Below the pieces are notes generated by a model. That model was not told the origin of the DNA, made no database searches, and saw only the letters and a list, made by a program, of their open reading frames with translations. Below are positions 37,389-47,200 of a stretch of 64,000 bases of DNA, piece after piece. This DNA comes from Actinomycetes bacterium (GTDB lineage: Bacteria; Actinomycetota; Actinomycetes; Mycobacteriales; Mycobacteriaceae). Each line of letters begins with the position of its first letter. Within the stretch, counting starts at the first letter, position 1. The stretch spans positions 6,893-70,892 of the forward strand of contig JAKOYE010000185.1 in NCBI GenBank assembly GCA_029780675.1. The letters are read 5' to 3'. A program made the translations under genes and the position numbers.

Positions 37389-37415
37389 TCGCCGAAAGTA
37401 GTCGGAAAGTAGTCG
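37381..37415. repeat. putative integrase arm-type sites (right arm, 3 copies)
   Basis: GAAAGTAGTCG occurs at 37381, 37394 and 37405, in direct orientation. The array overlaps the int stop codon. Confidence 0.5.
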
Positions 37416-37459
37416 ATTCCGGGGGTGTCCCGGTATCGGGTGCAGCGTTTCTGCTGGCT

Positions 37460-37497
37460 GTGGAGCCCCCTGTCGGGATTGAACCGACGACCTTTCG
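37460..37497. repeat. attR core (inside the functional tRNA-Thr)
   Basis: 38-nt match to 27193-27230. It covers the tRNA from the 3' strand of the anticodon stem to the CCA end. Confidence 0.85.
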
Positions 37498-37535
37498 CTT
37501 ACAAGGCGAGTGCTCTACCACTGAGCTAAGGAGGC
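37461..37535 (-). tRNA. tRNA-Thr (anticodon UGU), CCA encoded
   Basis: Folded by hand: GCCTCCT acceptor, GCTC/GAGC D-stem, CTTGTAA anticodon loop, GTCGG-TTCAATC-CCGAC T-arm, AGGGGGC-T-CCA. Confidence 0.9.
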
Positions 37536-37554
37536 CTGCGGTAAGCCTATCCGG

Positions 37555-38250
37555 TCACTCGTCGTCGTCGCGGAACGGCCAGAGTCGGCGGCCGGGCAAC
37601 GGAATGCGCTCGGCGAGGGTGCTGAGCGGGTCGACCACCCGGGTCATCGCCACCACGGCCTCACGCAGCATCTCGACGGTGGGCGTCAGGGCTTCCATGC
37701 CGGGGGCCAGGCGATTCAGGGAGTCGGTGACGGCGCTCAGTTGCTCCAACGGGCCGTCCTTGGCGGTCAGTTTGTCGACCAGGCCGCCCTCCGCAAGCAA
37801 CCGGTCGGCCAAGCCGTCCTCGGCGAGCACCCGTTCCAGCAGACCGTCCTCGTCGAGCAACTGGTCCACCAGCCCGCCGGGCGCGAGGGCCCGGTCGACC
37901 CCGCCGCCTTCGGCGGTCAGCCGCTCCAGCACCCCGTCCGGGGCGGTGAGGCGGTCGACAAGTCCGCCCGGTCGCAGCAGTCGGTCGATCGGACCGTCGG
38001 GCGCCAGTGCTCGCCCCAGGGGGGTGTCGTCGTCGAGCAACGAGGCCAACCGGTTGGCCCGCTCCAAGGTTTCTTCCAGGCCGAGCAGGTGCACCACCGA
38101 GTCGCGGGCCGCGGGGACCGGCGAGTCACTCAGGACGTCCTTGGCGACGTCGAAGGCTGCGGAGGCGATGACCACCCCGGCGTCGGCAGCCGCCAAGCCG
38201 ACCTTCACCGGAGCGACGGCCAGGTCCACCATCAGTTTCGCCCAATCCAT
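37555..38250 (-). CDS. decapeptide-repeat hypothetical protein (Rv0756c-like position)
   Basis: 231 aa. Has about 9 consecutive 10-residue units (e.g. RPGGLVDRLT, APDGVLERLT, AEDGLADRLL, AEGGLVDKLT). Divergent from phoP. Confidence 0.7.
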   Translation of the reverse strand: MDWAKLMVDLAVAPVKVGLAAADAGVVIASAAFDVAKDVLSDSPVPAARDSVVHLLGLEETLERANRLASLLDDDTPLGRALAPDGPIDRLLRPGGLVDRLTAPDGVLERLTAEGGGVDRALAPGGLVDQLLDEDGLLERVLAEDGLADRLLAEGGLVDKLTAKDGPLEQLSAVTDSLNRLAPGMEALTPTVEMLREAVVAMTRVVDPLSTLAERIPLPGRRLWPFRDDDE

Positions 38251-38296
38251 CGGGTCAGTCTATGGCTGTGGTCTGGCGATTCCGCGTAAACACCCT

Positions 38297-38314
38297 TCAC
38301 AGCAATCTCACAGC
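38297..38314. promoter_or_regulatory. PhoP direct-repeat box upstream of phoP
   Basis: TCACAGC-aatc-TCACAGC, two perfect 7-bp direct repeats with a 4-bp spacer. It ends 46 nt upstream of the phoP ATG. Confidence 0.7.
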
Positions 38315-38359
38315 CCGGGATCAGGGTGAAACGGCCTCGATGAGGAGGACATTGGTGGA

Positions 38360-39088
38360 ATGTCCGCAGTGACCACGCAGCGCGATCCCGCGAGTCCGCC
38401 AGAGGCCAGGGTGCTGATCGTCGACGACGAGGCCAACATCGTCGAACTCCTCGCGGTGAGCCTGAGGTTCCAGGGGTTCGAGGTTCACACCGCCACCAGT
38501 GGCACCGCTGCGCTGGATCGGGCCCGCGAAGCCCGGCCGGACGCGGTGATCCTGGATGTGATGATGCCCGGAATGGACGGCTTCGGGGTGCTGCGCCGGT
38601 TGCGTGCCGACGGCATCGACGCCCCCGCACTATTCCTCACCGCCCGCGACAGCGTTCAGGACAAGGTCGCCGGTCTGACCCTCGGCGGCGATGACTACGT
38701 CACCAAGCCGTTCAGCCTGGAGGAGGTCGTCGCCAGGCTGCGGGTGATCCTGCGCCGGTCGGGCAAGGGTGTCGATCGTCCTCGGAACACTCGGTTGACG
38801 TTCTCCGACATCGAGATCGATGAGGAGACCCATGAGGTGTGGAAGGCCGGCGAACTGGTGTCCTTGTCGCCTACCGAGTTCACTCTGTTGCGCTACTTCG
38901 TGATCAACGCGGGAACGGTCCTCAGCAAGCCGAAAATCCTTGACCACGTATGGCGATACGACTTCGGCGGGGACGTCAACGTCGTCGAATCGTATGTCTC
39001 CTATCTGCGGCGCAAGGTCGACACCGGCGACAAGCGACTGCTGCACACCCTGCGGGGAGTGGGCTACGTGCTGCGGGAGCCCCGATAG
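38360..39088 (+). CDS. phoP: OmpR-family response regulator PhoP
   Basis: Near-identical over long stretches to M. tuberculosis PhoP as recalled (ARVLIVDDEANIVELL, DAVILDVMMPGMDGFGVLRRLRADGIDAPALFLTARDS, LHTLRGVGYVLREPR). Confidence 0.95.
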   Translation: MSAVTTQRDPASPPEARVLIVDDEANIVELLAVSLRFQGFEVHTATSGTAALDRAREARPDAVILDVMMPGMDGFGVLRRLRADGIDAPALFLTARDSVQDKVAGLTLGGDDYVTKPFSLEEVVARLRVILRRSGKGVDRPRNTRLTFSDIEIDEETHEVWKAGELVSLSPTEFTLLRYFVINAGTVLSKPKILDHVWRYDFGGDVNVVESYVSYLRRKVDTGDKRLLHTLRGVGYVLREPR

Positions 39089-39105
39089 CCGGGCCTCCCG
39101 ACGCT

Positions 39106-40554
39106 GTGAAGGCAGCCATCCGCACGTCACGCGCGCTGCCACTGCGGGTGGAACTCGTCGCGGCGATGTTGCTGCTGGTGGCCTGCGGGCTGCTCGCCTC
39201 GGGAATCGCCGTGACGTCCATCCTGCGGCACAGCCTGTTCGACAGGGTCGATCAGACCCTGCTCGAGGCGTCCGAAGGCTGGGCGCAGGAACCACCGGAG
39301 GAGATACCCACCGACCGCGGACCCAACCCGGCACGCCCGCCGTCGAATTTCTATGTCCAGGCCATCGACGCGCGGGGAGACGTCTGGATGGCGGTCAACG
39401 ACCGCAAGGCCCGGCCATCGCTTCCCGAAGACGGTGATGTCGGTCCGATTCCGGTCACCATCGGATCTGACGGCAATTCCGACATCAGTTGGCGGGCCGT
39501 GTCGGTGGAAGGGCCCTATGGCGACCTCATCACCGTCGCGATGGATCTTTCCGACGTGCACGCAACGTTGCGTTCGCTGGTGTGGCTTCAGGCGGGCATC
39601 GGCGGCGGCGTCCTACTGATCCTCGGAGTCCTCGGCTACGCCGTGGTGCACCGCAGCCTGCGGCCGCTGGTCGAGGTCGAGGAGACCGCCGCGGCTATCG
39701 CGGCAGGTGAGTTGGACCGCCGAGTGCCGCAGCGTGATCCGCGCACCGAGGTGGGCCAACTGTCGCTCGCGTTGAACGGGATGCTGGCCCAGATCCAGCG
39801 CGCGGTGGCCGCCTCCGACGCCTCAGCGGATCAGGCGCGGCAATCCGAGGAGCGGATGCGCCGCTTCATCACCGATGCCAGCCACGAGTTGCGTACCCCG
39901 TTGACCACCATCCGCGGCTTCGCCGAGTTGTACCGCCAGGGCGCGGCGCGGGATCTGGACATCCTGATGTCGCGCATCGAGAGCGAGTCCCGGCGGATGG
40001 GGGTGCTCGTGGAGGACCTGCTGATGCTGGCCCGGGTGGACGCGCAGCGCCCCCTCGAGCGAGCCCGCGTCGATCTGCTGACGCTGGCCAGCGACGCCGT
40101 CCACGATGCCCGGGCCGTGGCGCCGCAACGTCAGATCACCCTGGAGGTGCTCGACGGACCCGGAACCCCCGAGGTGACGGGGGATGAGGCGAGGCTGCGG
40201 CAGGTCCTCGGGAATCTGGTCGCCAACGCCCTGCAACACACACCCGCGACCGCGCCGATCATTCTTCGGGTCGGGACCGTGGACTCCGATGCGGTGCTGG
40301 AGGTCCAGGACTCGGGTCCGGGGATGTCCGCCGAGGACGCCGACCGGGCCTTCGAGCGGTTCTACCGCGCGGATGGGTCCCGCACCCGGGCCAGCGGTGG
40401 TGCCGGGCTGGGGCTGTCCATCGTCGATTCACTCGTGCGCGCGCACGGCGGCCAGGTGATGGTGACCACGGAACCGGGCCGGGGCTGCTGCTTTCGGGTG
40501 GTCTTGCCCCGGGTGGGAGCTGAGATCAGTCCTCCGCCGCCAGAGCGGCTTTGA
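39106..40554 (+). CDS. phoR: sensor histidine kinase PhoR
   Basis: GTG 39106 follows the phoP stop. Has two TM segments, a HAMP domain, the H-box [17 protein letters not shown] and the G-box [10 protein letters not shown]. The track ORF start at 38950 lies inside phoP. Confidence 0.9.
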   Translation: MKAAIRTSRALPLRVELVAAMLLLVACGLLASGIAVTSILRHSLFDRVDQTLLEASEGWAQEPPEEIPTDRGPNPARPPSNFYVQAIDARGDVWMAVNDRKARPSLPEDGDVGPIPVTIGSDGNSDISWRAVSVEGPYGDLITVAMDLSDVHATLRSLVWLQAGIGGGVLLILGVLGYAVVHRSLRPLVEVEETAAAIAAGELDRRVPQRDPRTEVGQLSLALNGMLAQIQRAVAASDASADQARQSEERMRRFITDASHELRTPLTTIRGFAELYRQGAARDLDILMSRIESESRRMGVLVEDLLMLARVDAQRPLERARVDLLTLASDAVHDARAVAPQRQITLEVLDGPGTPEVTGDEARLRQVLGNLVANALQHTPATAPIILRVGTVDSDAVLEVQDSGPGMSAEDADRAFERFYRADGSRTRASGGAGLGLSIVDSLVRAHGGQVMVTTEPGRGCCFRVVLPRVGAEISPPPPERL

Positions 40555-40930
40555 TCTTGGCCTGAGCTTCGTCGAGGGATTCCGGGGACGGGCTGCGGTC
40601 GACGTGGGCGAAGCCGAAATCGGTGAGGTTGTAGGCCGGGAACACGTGCACGTGCAGGTGCGGCACCTCCAGGCCGGCGATGATCATCCCGGCGCGCTGG
40701 GCGCCGAACGCACGGCAGACCGCCCGGCCGATGCGCTGTGAAACGTCCATCACTTTGTGGAACAGGGCCGGTTCGATGGTCTGCCAGTTGTCCACCTCGG
40801 CGCGCGGCACCACCAGGGTGTGCCCCGGCGTCATCGGTTCGATCGTGAGGAAGGCGACGACATCGTCGTCGGAGTAGACGAACCGGCCGGGCAGGTCCCC
40901 GTTGATGATCATCGTGAATACCGAAGCCAT
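40526..40930 (-). CDS. HIT-family nucleotide hydrolase (Rv0759c-like)
   Basis: Histidine triad HLHVHVFP. 134 aa. Its 3' end overlaps the phoR 3' end by 29 nt. Confidence 0.88.
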   Translation of the reverse strand: MASVFTMIINGDLPGRFVYSDDDVVAFLTIEPMTPGHTLVVPRAEVDNWQTIEPALFHKVMDVSQRIGRAVCRAFGAQRAGMIIAGLEVPHLHVHVFPAYNLTDFGFAHVDRSPSPESLDEAQAKIKAALAAED

Positions 40931-41208
40931 GGCCTCAGCCTAAGGGTCTGGGCTGACAGGAGTTCAGCCATGGCATCCGCCTTCGGCGGCCATGGCTATC
41001 GCGACACTTTCGTTACGGATAGGCCCAAACTTCCTGAATTTTCTTCATTTTTTTCCTGAGGATTAGACACTGGCGGGGTCTGTTTTTTGGGTTTTTTGTG
41101 TGATTGGGGTTTGCGGTGGCCGTCGTTTCTTCTTCTGGTTCGGGTCAGAGCGATGGTGGGTTGACGGCCGGGGTGGGTGTTCGTCCGATTTCGGTGGTGC
41201 GCCGGGGT

Positions 41209-41295
41209 ATGTGGCGTCCGGTGGGCGTGGGTCTCGGTGTGGGTCGGGTGGGGGCGTTGGCCGTTGCGTTGGGTATCGGCGCGGCGGTGGCGTAG
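41209..41295 (+). other. signal-peptide-like short ORF in frame with the giant ORF, ended by one TAG
   Basis: MWRPVGVGLGVGRVGALAVALGIGAAVA-TAG. The frame is open back to TTG 41104. 41296-41104 = 192, so it shares a frame with ORF 41296..51966. Confidence 0.5.
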
Positions 41296-44200
41296 TTGCC
41301 GGGTGTGGCGGCGGCGGATACGACGGGGTCGGCGGGATCGTCGGCGTCATCGGCGTCGGGTTCTGGTGCGTCGCGGTCGGGGTCCTCGGGTGGTGGGGGA
41401 CAGCGGGGTCAGGGGCGTTCGCCTCGGGGTGGGGTTTCGGGTCCGGCCGACGGGGTGGATTCGGTTGGAGAGGATTCGTCGGGGTCGTCGGGTTCGGATG
41501 CCGGTAAGCGAGTGTCCGGCGTATCCGACGGCGGGGCTTCGGCGTCTGCGCGTTCGGCCTCGGGTGTTGATGGTGGGCAGCGGCCGAGGCCGGTCGTCTC
41601 GGCGATCGGGGCCGGCGGCGTTGAGCGGGTGGGGGCGGCTGTTGCGCAGGTGACCCCGGTTGAGGTGCCGCTGGTGCCGGTTGACCGGGGTTTGGCGGGT
41701 CAGGAGTCCGGTGTGGTGTCCGGCGGCCCGGCGGGGGGCGCCCCGGTAGCGGGCGCGGTCGCGGCTGCTGGTGTACCCGGATCGGGTGTTCCGTCGGCTG
41801 TTGCGGCTCCGGCGCCGGCTGGGGTGGCGGCGGGGTCGGGGTTGTTGTCGTGGCTGGGTGTGGCGGCTTCGACTGTGGGTGGGGGTCCGGGTGGGCCGGG
41901 TGCGGCGCCGTTGGTGTGGGCTGCGGCCGCTGTTGGGCGCCGTGATCATCGTGGGCTTTCGGGGGGCGTGGGTGGCGCGGTGGTGGGCGCGGCCGCGGCG
42001 GTTGGTCCGGGTGGTGATCCGGGGGTGTCTGCTCAGGGCGCGGCCGCCGCTGCGGGCGGGTCGGATTCGCCGGGTTCGGTGTTGCTGGGTTCGGCGGCGG
42101 GTGCCTCGGTTCCGGGTGTGGTGGTGCCGGTCGCTTCTGCGGTGGGTGGCCCGTCGGGGTTCGCGTTGGGTGATGTGTGGCGGTTCTTCTTCGGTGATGG
42201 CACGGCGGAGAACCCCAATGGCGGGATTCTGATCGGGAACGGGTATTCGTGGACGGCGGATTCGTGCCCGGTGGGGTCGTCGTGCACGGGGGGCAATGGG
42301 GGGCTGATCGGTAGCGGCGGTGATGGTTTCAATGGCGGTGATGGGGGTTCGGCGGGCTGGTTCGGTGATGGTGGTGACGGTGGCGCGGGGGTGGCGTGGG
42401 TTGATTTCGGTGCCGGCGGTGACGGCGGTACCGGTGGGTTGTTGGTCGGCAATGGCGGCAATGGCGGGGCCGGGTGGTCGGCGGTCACTGATGTGGGCAC
42501 CGGCGGTGCCGGTGGCCGTGGCGGGAACACGGGGTTGTTGTCACTGGTCGGTGATGGCGGTGCCGGTGGTGCCGGGGGTGCGGGTGCACCCGGCGCGCAG
42601 GGGGGTGCCGGGTTGGGTGCGGCCGAGGCCGGCGGCGGCACCGGCGGCACGGGTGGCATGGGTGGTGTCGGTGGTGCCGGTGGTCGTGGTGGTGAGGGGA
42701 GTTGGGTGTTCGGGGCCGGCGGCGCCGGCGGTTCGGGGGGTGCTGGTGGTGTAGGTGGGGCGGGTGGTTCCGGTGTTGATGGGGCTGATGGCACGGCGGG
42801 TGACCGGGATGGTCGGGCCGGTGGTCACGGTGGTGATGGTGGTGCCGGTGGTGTGGGCGGTGTGGGGGGCGCGGCCGGCGGCGGGCGTTTGCTGTTCCTG
42901 TTCGACACTGCGGGTGTGGGTGGGGCCGGGGGTACCGGTGGTGCCGGCGGTACGGCGGGCCGGCCCGGTGATGGCGGTGCGGGTGCGGACAGCACCGATC
43001 CGGCTGTGGCCGGTGGCAACGGCGGGCGGGGCGGTAACCCCGGTAAGGCGGGTGTGGGTGGTACCGGGGGTGCGGGTGGGGCCGGTGGCGGTGTGGCCGG
43101 GGCTTCCGGTGGTGCCGGAGCACCGGTGGCGGGCCCGGCGGGTAATGGCGGTACGGGCGGTGCAGGTGCGGATAGCACCGATGTGGGTGTGGCTGGCGGG
43201 GATGGCGGCGCCGGTGGGGATGGCGGTCTGATCGGGGACGGTGGGGCCGGGGGTGTTGGTGGGCGTGGCGCGCCGGGGGCGTCGGGTGCGGCGGGATTGT
43301 CCGGTGGGGACAGTGGCGGCGATGGTCTTGCCGGTGGGGCGGGGGGTCGTGGCGGCACCGGCGGTGCCGGGGGCGCCCTGGCCGGGCACGGTGGTGCCGG
43401 TGGTCGTGGCGGGACCGGTGGCGCCGGTGGCGCGGGCGGGGCGGGTGTGTCCGGCGGGAACGGGATTTCTGCCGGGGAGTCCGGTGTTGATGGCGGGGAC
43501 GGCGGGGATGGCGGCGCAGGTGGTGCCGGCGGCGCCGGGGGTGTGGGTGGTGAGGCGAAAGCGCCGGGGTTCACCGGTGGTGTGGCCGGGCGTGGCGGTG
43601 ACGGCGGGACCGGTGGGGCGGCCGGGGATGCCGGTGACGGTGGTGCGGGCGCGTCCGGGAACGCCGCGGTCGCCGCCGGGGGTCATGGTGGCGCGGGTGG
43701 GGACCGTGGCCGGGCCGGCACCGGTGGCACCGGTGGTGGCGGGATTCTGCCGGGGGCCAGTGGGGTTTCGGGGGCGGCGGGTACCGGAGGTAACGGCGGA
43801 ACGGGTGGGGCGGGCTGGAACTCCACGGTGGTGGGGGCTTCCGGTGGTGCCGGCGGCAATGGTGGCGCGGGTGGCTCTCACGGTGATGGCGGCGCGGGTG
43901 GTGCTGGTGGTGCGGGTGGTTCCGGCCCGGATGGGGCGTCGGGTGCGGTCGCGGGTGCCGGCGGGGCCTCGGGTGTGGCCGGCGCGGCGGGTGGTCGGGG
44001 CGGTGACGGCGGTGCCGGCGGTGTGCTGGCCGGTCGTGGGGGTTCGGGCGGGGTTGGTGGTGCCGGCGGTGGTGGTGGTGCCGGTGGTGCCGGGATCACC
44101 GGAACCGGCGGGTTGGTGGGGGCCTCAGGGCAGGCCGGTGGGCACGGCGGCACCGGCGGTGCCGGCGGGACCGGCGGGGCCGGCGGTAATGGTGGGGCCG

Positions 44201-47200
44201 CGCAGGCCGTGGGCTTTGACTCGGGTGCTGCCGGGGTTGGTGGGTCCGGTGGCGCCGGGGGGTCCGGTGGTGTGGCCGGTGACGGCGGCACCGGCGGCGG
44301 CGGGGACGCCGCGGTGCGCGATGGCGGGACCGGCGGGACCGGCGGTAACCGCGGTGCCGGTGGGGCCGGTGGATCGGGTGGGGCCGGCGGGGCGATCCCA
44401 GGCGGAGGGAACGCCGCGGCCGGGGCCGCCGGCGCCCAGGGCGGTATCGGGATCTCCGGCGGTGATGGCGGTGCCGGGGGTGACGGGTACAGCTGGACCG
44501 CGACGGGCACCGGCAGCGCGGGTGGGCGTGGTGGTGATGGTGGCGCGGCCGGCACCTACGGCGATGGTGGTGCCGGTGGGCGTGGCGGGGCCGGGGACAG
44601 CGGCGCTGACGGTGCCATCGGTGGGCTGGTCGCCGCCGACACCGTGGGTGCCAGCGGTGCCAGCGGGATCGCCGGCGGCACGGGCGGTGCCGGGGGTAAC
44701 GGCGGGGCTGGTGGGACGATCGCCGGCACCAGTGGCGCCGGCGGGGCCGGCGGAACCGGCGGCACGGGTGGAGCCGGGGGCACCGGTGGGACCGGCGGCG
44801 ATGCCTCCGGTAACGGTGCGGCCGGGGCCCGTGGTGGCGCGGGTGGCACCGGCGGCGCCGGCGGCGCGGGCGGCACCGGCGGCACCGGATCAAGCGTGGG
44901 GGCCTCGGGCGTGGCCGGTGATGGTGGTGCCGGCGGGCGGGGTGGTACCGGCGGGCGGGGCGGGTTCGGCGCGACCGGTGCACCCGGTGGTGGGCAGGGT
45001 GTGATCGGCGCCCTCGGTGGGACCGGCGGCGCCGGTGGTGTCGGGGGCGCGGCCGGTGGCGCGGGAGCCGTCCAGGGTGTCGGTGGTGTCGGTGGTGATG
45101 GCGGCACCGGTGGCACCGGCGGCACCGGCGGCACCGGAACCGACAACAGCGGCCTGCTGAACACCGCGGGTGGGGCTGGTGGGCGTGGTGGTCAGGGCGG
45201 CGCCGGGGGTGCGGCCGGGGATGGTGGTGCGGGTTCTGCCACCGGCGGTGCGGGCAGCCAGGGTGATGGCGGGGCGGGCGGTCAGGGCGGTACCGGTGGC
45301 ACGGGTGGGTTCGGTTCCACCGGCAGCGCGGGTGGCGGGGACGGGGTGATCGGCGCCCAGGGTGGTGCGGGTGGCACTGGCGGCACGGGTGGTTCGGGTC
45401 GGGTTCAGGGTGTCGGCGGCAAGGGTGGTGACGGCGGGACCGGCGGCACGGGCGGCACGGGCGGGACCGGTACCGATAACAGCAACTCGCTGAATGTCCA
45501 GGGTGGTGCCGGCGGTCGTGGCGGTCAGGGCGGCAGTGGTGGTGCGGCCGGGGACGGCGGTGCCGGGGCGGGCAGCCTGGGTTCGGGTCTGGTCGGTATC
45601 GGCGGTACCGGCGGTCAGGGCGGTACCGGCGGCACGGGCGGCTTCGGATCGACCGGCTCCGCGGGTGGCGGGGACGGGGTGATCGGCGCCCAGGGCGGTG
45701 CCGGTGGCACCGGCGGCACCGGCGGTGTGGGTCGGGTTCAGGGTGTCGGCGGTAAGGGCGGTGACGGCGGCACCGGCGGAACCGGCGGTACCGGCGGGAC
45801 CGGAACCGACAACAGCAACACCGCGAACACGGTGGGTGGGGCTGGTGGGCGTGGTGGTCAGGGCGGCAGTGGTGGTGCGGCCGGGGACGCCGGTGCCGGG
45901 GCGGGCGGCCTGGGTTCGGGTCTGGTCGGTGTCGGTGGCGCGGGCGGTCAGGGTGGCACGGGCGGCACGGGTGGGTTCGGGTCCACCGGCTCTGCGGGTG
46001 GCGGGGACGGGGTGATCGGCGGCCAGGGTGGTGCGGGTGGCACCGGCGGCACCGGGGGTTCGGGTCGCAGCCAGGGTGTCGGCGGTAAGGGTGGTGACGG
46101 CGGCACCGGCGGTGCCGGTGGTGTCGGTGGCACGGGCGCCGACAACAGCAACACCGCGAACACCATCGGTGGGGCTGGTGGGCGTGGTGGTCAGGGCGGT
46201 AGTGGCGGTGCGGCCGGGGACGGCGGCGCGGGCTCGGGCAACTTGGGTTCGGGTCTGGTCGGTATCGGTGGCGCGGGCGGTCAGGGTGGCACCGGCGGCA
46301 CGGGTGGGTTCGGGTCCACCGGCAGCGCGGGCGGCGGGGACGGTTCCCTCGGCGCCCAGGGTGGTGCGGGTGGCACCGGCGGCACCGGGGGTTCGGGTCG
46401 GGTTCAGGGTGTCGGCGGCCAGGGCGGTGACGGCGGCACCGGCGGTGCCGGTGGTGTCGGCGGCACCGGAACCGACAACAGTGGCCTGCTGAACACCGCG
46501 GGTGGGGCTGGTGGGCGTGGTGGTCAGGGCGGCGCCGGGGGTGCGGCCGGGGATGGTGGTGCGGGTTCTGCCACCGGCGGTGCGGGCAGCCAGGGTGATG
46601 GCGGGACGGGCGGTCAGGGCGGTACGGGTGGCACGGGTGGGTTCGGGTCCACCGGGTCGGCTGGTGGCGGCGATGGGGTGATCGGTGGCCAGGGTGGTGC
46701 GGGTGGCACCGGCGGCACGGGTGGTTCGGGCCGCAGCCAGGGTGTGGGCGGCAAAGGCGGTGACGGCGGGACCGGCGGGACCGGCGGCACGGGCGGGACC
46801 GGTACCGACAACAGCAATGCACTGAATGCCCAGGGTGGGGCCGGCGGTCGTGGCGGTCAGGGCGGTAGTGGGGGCGCGGCCGGGGACGGCGGCACCGGCT
46901 TCGGCAGCCTTGGTTCGGGTCTGGTCGGTGTCGGCGGGGCGGGCGGTCAGGGCGGTACCGGTGGCACGGGTGGGTTCGGGTCCACCGGCTCTGCGGGTGG
47001 CGGGGACGGGGTGATCGGCGGCCAGGGTGGTGCCGGTGGCACCGGCGGCACCGGGGGTTCGGGTCGCAGCCAGGGGGTCGGCGGTAAGGGTGGTGACGGC
47101 GGCACCGGCGGGACCGGTGGTGTCGGCGGGACCGGTACCGACAACAGCAACACCGCCAACACCGTGGGTGGGGCTGGCGGTCGTGGTGGTCAGGGCGGCA

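Larger units (their letters stand above)
27193..37497. mobile_element. 10.3-kb integrated phiRv2-like prophage remnant / candidate phage satellite in tRNA-Thr
   Basis: Bounded by 38-bp direct repeats (36/38 identical). The integrase abuts the tRNA. The element also carries Xis, a repressor, a replication module and head genes. No ORF resembles a large terminase, portal or tail protein. Confidence 0.85.

Noticed and set aside
40526-40554. 29-nt convergent overlap of the phoR and HIT gene 3' ends as possible antisense regulation.
   Set aside because: Short convergent overlaps are common in compact actinobacterial genomes. There is no additional sequence feature to support a regulatory role.
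41296-42200. Looked for a PE or PPE N-terminal domain (about 100 aa helical, with the YxxxD/E secretion motif) that would make this a conventional PE_PGRS gene.
   Set aside because: The first roughly 290 residues are Ser/Gly/Ala/Val low-complexity sequence. The upstream in-frame ORF is a signal-peptide-like segment, not a PE domain.
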